Sequence record: SRR2962707_3481
Strand: one strand, 5' to 3'
Length of the DNA stretch: 20,000 nucleotides
Below are positions 16,119 to 20,000 of the stretch, piece by piece. The notes under the pieces were generated by a model. It did no database searches and was not told where the DNA came from. It saw only the letters and a program-made list of their open reading frames with translations. The stretch's first letter is position 1; the number at the start of each line of letters is the position of its first letter. Both the position numbers and the translations under genes were made by a program.

Positions 16119-17342
16119 ATGAATTATTCTAAAATCTTACGCATTCTCCACATTGGACTGTTCACATTCATAGTTCTTCAATTGCATTCCCAGCAGATGA
16201 ATCCGGAATTTGTTGAGCTTTCAGATGAGTACTTTAAGAAATTTTCAAAAAAGATCAATAACAGGGCATTGGTTGTTGGGCTTTATTATGAAGGAAAGGA
16301 TACTATTATTTCATATGGGAGAATAAATTTCCTTGGAAGAAAGGCGGATGCGGATGATCTGTTCCAAATTGGATCAGTGAGTAAGACATTTACTGGTCTC
16401 CTTTTCGCTGAATCTGTTGTGAAGGGTAAGTTGAGACTGGACGATAAGCTTTCCAAATTTCTGGAAATCAAAAAAGCATCAAAATACGAGGCTACCACAT
16501 TGCTTCAATTGGCAACTCATACTTCGGGATTGCCAAACAATACCCTAACGCTACACGCTCTACCAGCCCTGTCCTATATTTCATTATCCTTCGGCAAAAG
16601 ACCACTATTGGAAAGTTTAGGAGCCCCGCAAATTTTCACTGACCTACCTTGGCAGATTGCGATTATTCCTCCGCCGATTCCCTACTTTTCAACCTATGGT
16701 GCTGGATCTGTTGATTTTGATTTAAATCTATACGGACCAAAAAAGAGTAAAATCGGCACGATGAAATATTCCAATTTGGGAATGGGTGTATTGGGAAGGA
16801 TAGTATCAGAGCCATTCAATGGTATCTATGAGGTCGCTTTAAGGAATTCAATTTGTATTCAATTGCAGATGCATGCGACAACAACACTCCCGTCAAAAAC
16901 TGAAAAGAAAAACTATGCAACCCCTCATAATCTGCTTGGCATGAGAGTGCTTCGGACAAAATTCAAGGAAGGAGGAATAGAAGGGGCAGGAGGTATAAAA
17001 AGTACCGGCAATGACATGATGAAATACCTCAGGTTTCAAATGGATAGTACAGGTATTTCATCATTGCGCTTTGCAGCCGATTTGCAGCAGAAAACACATT
17101 TCATTAGCGAGGATCCAAAAAAACAAGGCTTAGAAATGGGATTAGGATGGATTAAATACAATCCAGATAATGATGAGGAAACATCCATTATTTGGCACAA
17201 TGGTCAGGTCTCCGGTTCCTCGGCTTTTATTGGTTTCAATCCTGAAAAGAAGATTGGATTGTTTGTGATGTCCAATAACCCAAGAGCCGGTAAGTTAACA
17301 AAAGATTCATTCAGGATTCTCAATCAGATGCTAAAGGATTAA
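16119..17342 (+). CDS. Serine hydrolase, beta-lactamase class C / peptidase S12-like, exported (start revised from 16083 to 16119)
   Basis: FQIGSVSKTFT (SxxK), LATHTSGLP, YSN (YxN), WHNG triad; a signal peptide begins at MNYSKILR. Confidence 0.9.
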   Translation: MNYSKILRILHIGLFTFIVLQLHSQQMNPEFVELSDEYFKKFSKKINNRALVVGLYYEGKDTIISYGRINFLGRKADADDLFQIGSVSKTFTGLLFAESVVKGKLRLDDKLSKFLEIKKASKYEATTLLQLATHTSGLPNNTLTLHALPALSYISLSFGKRPLLESLGAPQIFTDLPWQIAIIPPPIPYFSTYGAGSVDFDLNLYGPKKSKIGTMKYSNLGMGVLGRIVSEPFNGIYEVALRNSICIQLQMHATTTLPSKTEKKNYATPHNLLGMRVLRTKFKEGGIEGAGGIKSTGNDMMKYLRFQMDSTGISSLRFAADLQQKTHFISEDPKKQGLEMGLGWIKYNPDNDEETSIIWHNGQVSGSSAFIGFNPEKKIGLFVMSNNPRAGKLTKDSFRILNQMLKD

Positions 17343-17353
17343 TAAGCCAATTG

Positions 17354-17404
17354 GTTCGCGATTATGATTACGAACGAGCTTCGTTTTTCGGATTGCTAAT
17401 GTTG
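17354..17404 (+). promoter_or_regulatory. Regulon box 3 plus degenerate -7 element
   Basis: GTTCG-CGATTATGATTA-CGAACGA (17354-17377), then TAATGTTG at 17397-17404; ATG at 17417. Confidence 0.65.
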
Positions 17405-17416
17405 TTGGAAAAACAA

Positions 17417-18442
17417 ATGAAAAGAGTTTTATCACCAATGATTTTGTTGTTTCCGCTGCTTCTGCTTAGTCAGTCCGGAGAGCGATGGTATTACAATATC
17501 GATGCAAACAACGTAGCACTCAGAGGATACGATCCAACAACCTATTTTTCAAATTCAGAAAATGAAAAGGACACTAATTCACCAGAGATTGGAAAAAAGG
17601 AAATTTCCTATTTGTATGAAGGCATTATCTATCAATTTGCCAATGCCCGGAATAAGAAGAAATTTGAAAAAGATCCTGAGAGATACCTTCCGAAGTACGG
17701 TGGATGGTGTGCGTACAGATTGGCACATTTTCCTGCAGAGGAGGGTTGGGGCCAGTCACGTATTCCTGCAAATCCTGCAAACTTCAAAATCATTGAAGGT
17801 GAACTTTACCTTTTTTCAAAGACCAATATTGGAAATGCTATTGATCGCTGGAATGAGCATAAAGAAGCAGAAATGATTGAGCGAGCTGATAGATTTTGGC
17901 AATCCAGAGTTGCTTTGGCAAACATGGTAGATGGCAAGCCGGATGGATTGAATATCAATGCAAGAATGGAAAATTTACTGTGGGACAGGTTTATAGGTAC
18001 CTGGGACGGAAAGGGACATCAGATGATTGATACGGTGAAAAAGGTTTACAATGATTTTCCACCTGCAACATGGACATTTTATTATGGTTATGATGGTTTT
18101 TGTATCCAGGATGACTGGATGACCTCAGTGAATCTTGGCGGAACTTGGAATGGACCTGCAATCCGTGGATATGATCCATACAAAGAAGAATGGCACATGA
18201 CCTTTATCCCGATTAATGCTGATAGGAGTGCTACATGGTTGATGACCGGAAAATTCAATGATAAAAACGAGCTGGAGGGACAATTCGAAGGAACCGATTG
18301 GCAAGGAAGAAAATTCCAGCAAAAAATATATTTCTACAATATCTCCGAAAACCATTTTTCATGGAAGTCTGACCGATCTTATGACGGTGGCAAAACATGG
18401 ATAAGGAAATTTACCTATACCGAATGCGAGCGGTTAGAATAG
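17417..18442 (+). CDS. Exported YHS-domain (seleno)protein-family homolog fused to a DUF1579-like C-terminal domain (start revised from 17351 to 17417)
   Basis: N-half ALRGYDPTTYF...YQFANARNKKKFEKDPERYLPKYGGWCAY...FKIIEGELYLF; C-half WDRFIGTW...GFCIQDDW...YDPYKEEW...FSWKSDRSYDGGKTW; signal peptide from MKRVLSP. Confidence 0.8.
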   Translation: MKRVLSPMILLFPLLLLSQSGERWYYNIDANNVALRGYDPTTYFSNSENEKDTNSPEIGKKEISYLYEGIIYQFANARNKKKFEKDPERYLPKYGGWCAYRLAHFPAEEGWGQSRIPANPANFKIIEGELYLFSKTNIGNAIDRWNEHKEAEMIERADRFWQSRVALANMVDGKPDGLNINARMENLLWDRFIGTWDGKGHQMIDTVKKVYNDFPPATWTFYYGYDGFCIQDDWMTSVNLGGTWNGPAIRGYDPYKEEWHMTFIPINADRSATWLMTGKFNDKNELEGQFEGTDWQGRKFQQKIYFYNISENHFSWKSDRSYDGGKTWIRKFTYTECERLE

Positions 18443-18472
18443 CGTTCTTATTTCTGAACGTTTGGTTTTCGA

Positions 18473-18504
18473 AAAGGTCTCACTCAGTTGAGACCTTTAT
18501 TTTT
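18473..18504 (+). terminator. Rho-independent terminator after the YHS fusion gene
   Basis: AAAGGTCTCA-CTCAGT-TGAGACCTTT hairpin followed by ATTTTT. Confidence 0.75.
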
Positions 18505-18505
18505 G
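18498..18505 (+). promoter_or_regulatory. -7 element (TAnnTTTG) predicting a leaderless transcript for the SnoaL gene
   Basis: TATTTTTG, then TCCC, then ATG at 18510. Confidence 0.55.
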
Positions 18506-18509
18506 TCCC

Positions 18510-18878
18510 ATGACACCTCGGGAATTAATCAAAAAATGGGTCGGGCGCTTCAATGATGCTGATATCGATGGGTTAATGGCACTCTATGCTGAAGATGCTG
18601 TTAATCATCAGGTGGTTATGGATCCACTCAACGGAAAAGAAGCCATCCGAAGGATGTTTGAAATTGAATTTGGCAGAGCAGAAATGGTTTGCGAAATCGA
18701 AAACATTTTAGAGGAGGGTGAATGGGGTATTTTGGAGTGGAAAGATCCTTTGGGCCTCAGAGGATGTGGATTCTTTCATGTGCAACATGATCTCATCCAA
18801 TTTCAGCGGGGCTATTTTGATCAGCTTTCCTTTTTCAAAATACAAGGTCTTCCTGTGCCTGATGACTACCTAAAGTAG
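18510..18878 (+). CDS. SnoaL-like / NTF2 family protein
   Basis: 122 aa; FNDADIDGLMALYAEDA...GKEAIRRMF...GCGFFHV...FQRGYFD pattern. Confidence 0.9.
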   Translation: MTPRELIKKWVGRFNDADIDGLMALYAEDAVNHQVVMDPLNGKEAIRRMFEIEFGRAEMVCEIENILEEGEWGILEWKDPLGLRGCGFFHVQHDLIQFQRGYFDQLSFFKIQGLPVPDDYLK

Positions 18879-18992
18879 GGATTTACGATTGGAGTAATTT
18901 CTGTACTTCTTGTCTGCATGGTAAAATAGCACCGTGATTCCCGCTAGTGTCGCATAGAACAGTAGAACGATTAGGATGAATGAAATGGTCAT
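18870..18992 (-). CDS. Small single-TM peptide, paralog A (40 aa)
   Basis: Minus strand reads MTISFILIVLLFYATLAGITVLFYHADKKYRNYSNRKSLL*; hydrophobic helix plus basic tail; 16/32 ungapped identity to paralog B. Confidence 0.7.
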   Translation of the reverse strand: MTISFILIVLLFYATLAGITVLFYHADKKYRNYSNRKSLL

Positions 18993-19191
18993 TGTGATAG
19001 TGTTTAGGGTGTATACTATTAAACCCCTTGAGCTTTAAATAGTTATAAAAATTAGCTGAATAATCATATTTATCGATGAATAACCAAATAGGGAAGATCA
19101 GTTCAAACCTGTTATAGAGGAAGATTAAAGGTTCATTAAGATTTCAGGGATCCTGTTTGGATCGGTTGAAATTCGCTAACTTGGTTACAAA

Positions 19192-19707
19192 ATGAAACAG
19201 CTACTGATCACCACACTGTTGCTCGTTTCCTTCACTTCTATTGGTCAGAGGAAACTGAGTATCGTTGAAGTCATTGATAAACTCAGGTATAAATGGGATG
19301 AGTCCGCCATTGGGTTGAAATCCTACCAGGGCATCCAGGAGTTTTGTCTAAATCAGGAATATCAGAAAGAAACCATTGAATTGCTGGATGCGATTCATCA
19401 TTGGGATACCACGTTGTACTACATCGTTCAGGAGAAATTTGATACCCATCAGGACAAAGAAGCGGAATTGACTTTGAAGGACATTGAGCAGTTGGAATCA
19501 GAGTATTCAACCGCCAATTTCAAGGAGTTCATTACCAATGAGTGCAATGAACTAAAGATCATTCATGAATCCTTTGATAAGGAAACTGTTCGCAAATACG
19601 AAAAGGAGATCCGAAATTTTGAGAAAGAGTTATACAAATACATCAATAGTATAACCTTCCGGATCGATATCATTGATGAGCACATCCACCATTTAAACTT
19701 CGACTGA
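19192..19707 (+). CDS. Hypothetical exported alpha-helical protein with His motifs and a Cys pair
   Basis: 171 aa, signal peptide, amphipathic helical pattern, IHHWD and EHIHHL motifs, two Cys. Confidence 0.8.
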   Translation: MKQLLITTLLLVSFTSIGQRKLSIVEVIDKLRYKWDESAIGLKSYQGIQEFCLNQEYQKETIELLDAIHHWDTTLYYIVQEKFDTHQDKEAELTLKDIEQLESEYSTANFKEFITNECNELKIIHESFDKETVRKYEKEIRNFEKELYKYINSITFRIDIIDEHIHHLNFD

Positions 19708-19711
19708 TGTC

Positions 19712-19810
19712 TTAGTTTGCGATGCTTTTGCTGACATAGTAAAAAAGCATGGTGAATAATCCCATGAACGCATAGAATAATGCGACTATAATAATAAAAG
19801 AGCTGGCCAT
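19712..19810 (-). CDS. Small single-TM peptide, paralog B (32 aa)
   Basis: Minus strand reads MASSFIIIVALFYAFMGLFTMLFYYVSKSIAN*; shares SFIxIVxLFYA...TxLFY...K...N and the leader ACTATCAC with paralog A. Confidence 0.7.
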   Translation of the reverse strand: MASSFIIIVALFYAFMGLFTMLFYYVSKSIAN

Positions 19811-19840
19811 GTGATAGTTTTTTTAATGTGGTGATTGCTA

Positions 19841-19999
19841 TCAGACGTTGGCCTGTTGCATGTTTTGATTATTCATTCGATTCTCGATGAATAGCTCGCA
19901 TTTCTCCTTTGTACCCATGTAAAGGATCTTAAACTTCTTCGTAACCATCCATTGTCCATCTGTCGTTTTCTCCAGATTCAGATAAGGATTTGGTTTACT
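19841..19999 (-). CDS. Hypothetical protein, C-terminal fragment (5' end outside window)
   Basis: Frame open to the window edge reads SKPNPYLNLEKTTDGQWMVTKKFKILYMGTKEKCELFIENRMNNQNMQQANV*; stop lies 30 nt upstream of paralog B. Confidence 0.55.
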   Translation of the reverse strand, partial: SKPNPYLNLEKTTDGQWMVTKKFKILYMGTKEKCELFIENRMNNQNMQQANV

Positions 20000-20000
20000 T

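Noticed and set aside
16119-17342. Calling the serine hydrolase an AmpC resistance gene
   Set aside because: The triad is HNG, not KTG, and the family is mostly esterases and peptidases; activity cannot be assigned from motifs.
14451-17377. Repeated CGAACGA boxes as a CRISPR array, attC sites or IS ends
   Set aside because: Copies are 1.3-1.6 kb apart, degenerate, lack attC hairpin structure, and have no cas, integrase or transposase nearby; fixed spacing to promoters fits an operator better.
17696-17716. Possible selenoprotein (YHS family)
   Set aside because: The relevant codon in GGWC is TGT (Cys); no in-frame TGA in the gene.
19016-19047. ECF-sigma-like promoter (ATAAC...GGTTTAA on the minus strand) for peptide paralog A
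   Set aside because: The spacing is not reproduced upstream of paralog B, where the matching bases include the stop codon of the upstream ORF; unsupported without TSS data.

Overview
Chromosomal window from a Bacteroidetes-type genome (TAnnTTTG promoter elements, no Shine-Dalgarno-like leaders; Cytophagales-like by gene content, which is inference). In order: the 3' end of a sugar-porter MFS gene; a small membrane protein; a TolC/MFP/RND efflux operon with PII-like and DUF2892 accessory genes behind a Crp/Fnr-type palindrome; a CBS protein; an M16 zinc peptidase; a PadR plus orphan MacB-type ABC permease pair; a TPR protein; an AT-richer module (exported glutaredoxin-like protein, membrane-anchored AraC, serine hydrolase, YHS/DUF1579-like fusion); a SnoaL/NTF2 protein; and an exported His-motif helical protein. 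Two signals are absent from the ORF track. (1) Three copies of a TTCG-N12-CGAACGA box, each followed exactly 19 nt later by a degenerate -7 element, define a candidate AraC regulon and correct three start codons. (2) Two paralogous small transmembrane peptide genes (40 and 32 aa, 16/32 identical without gaps, shared 5' leader) lie convergent to their neighbours. No rRNA, tRNA, CRISPR array or transposase was seen.
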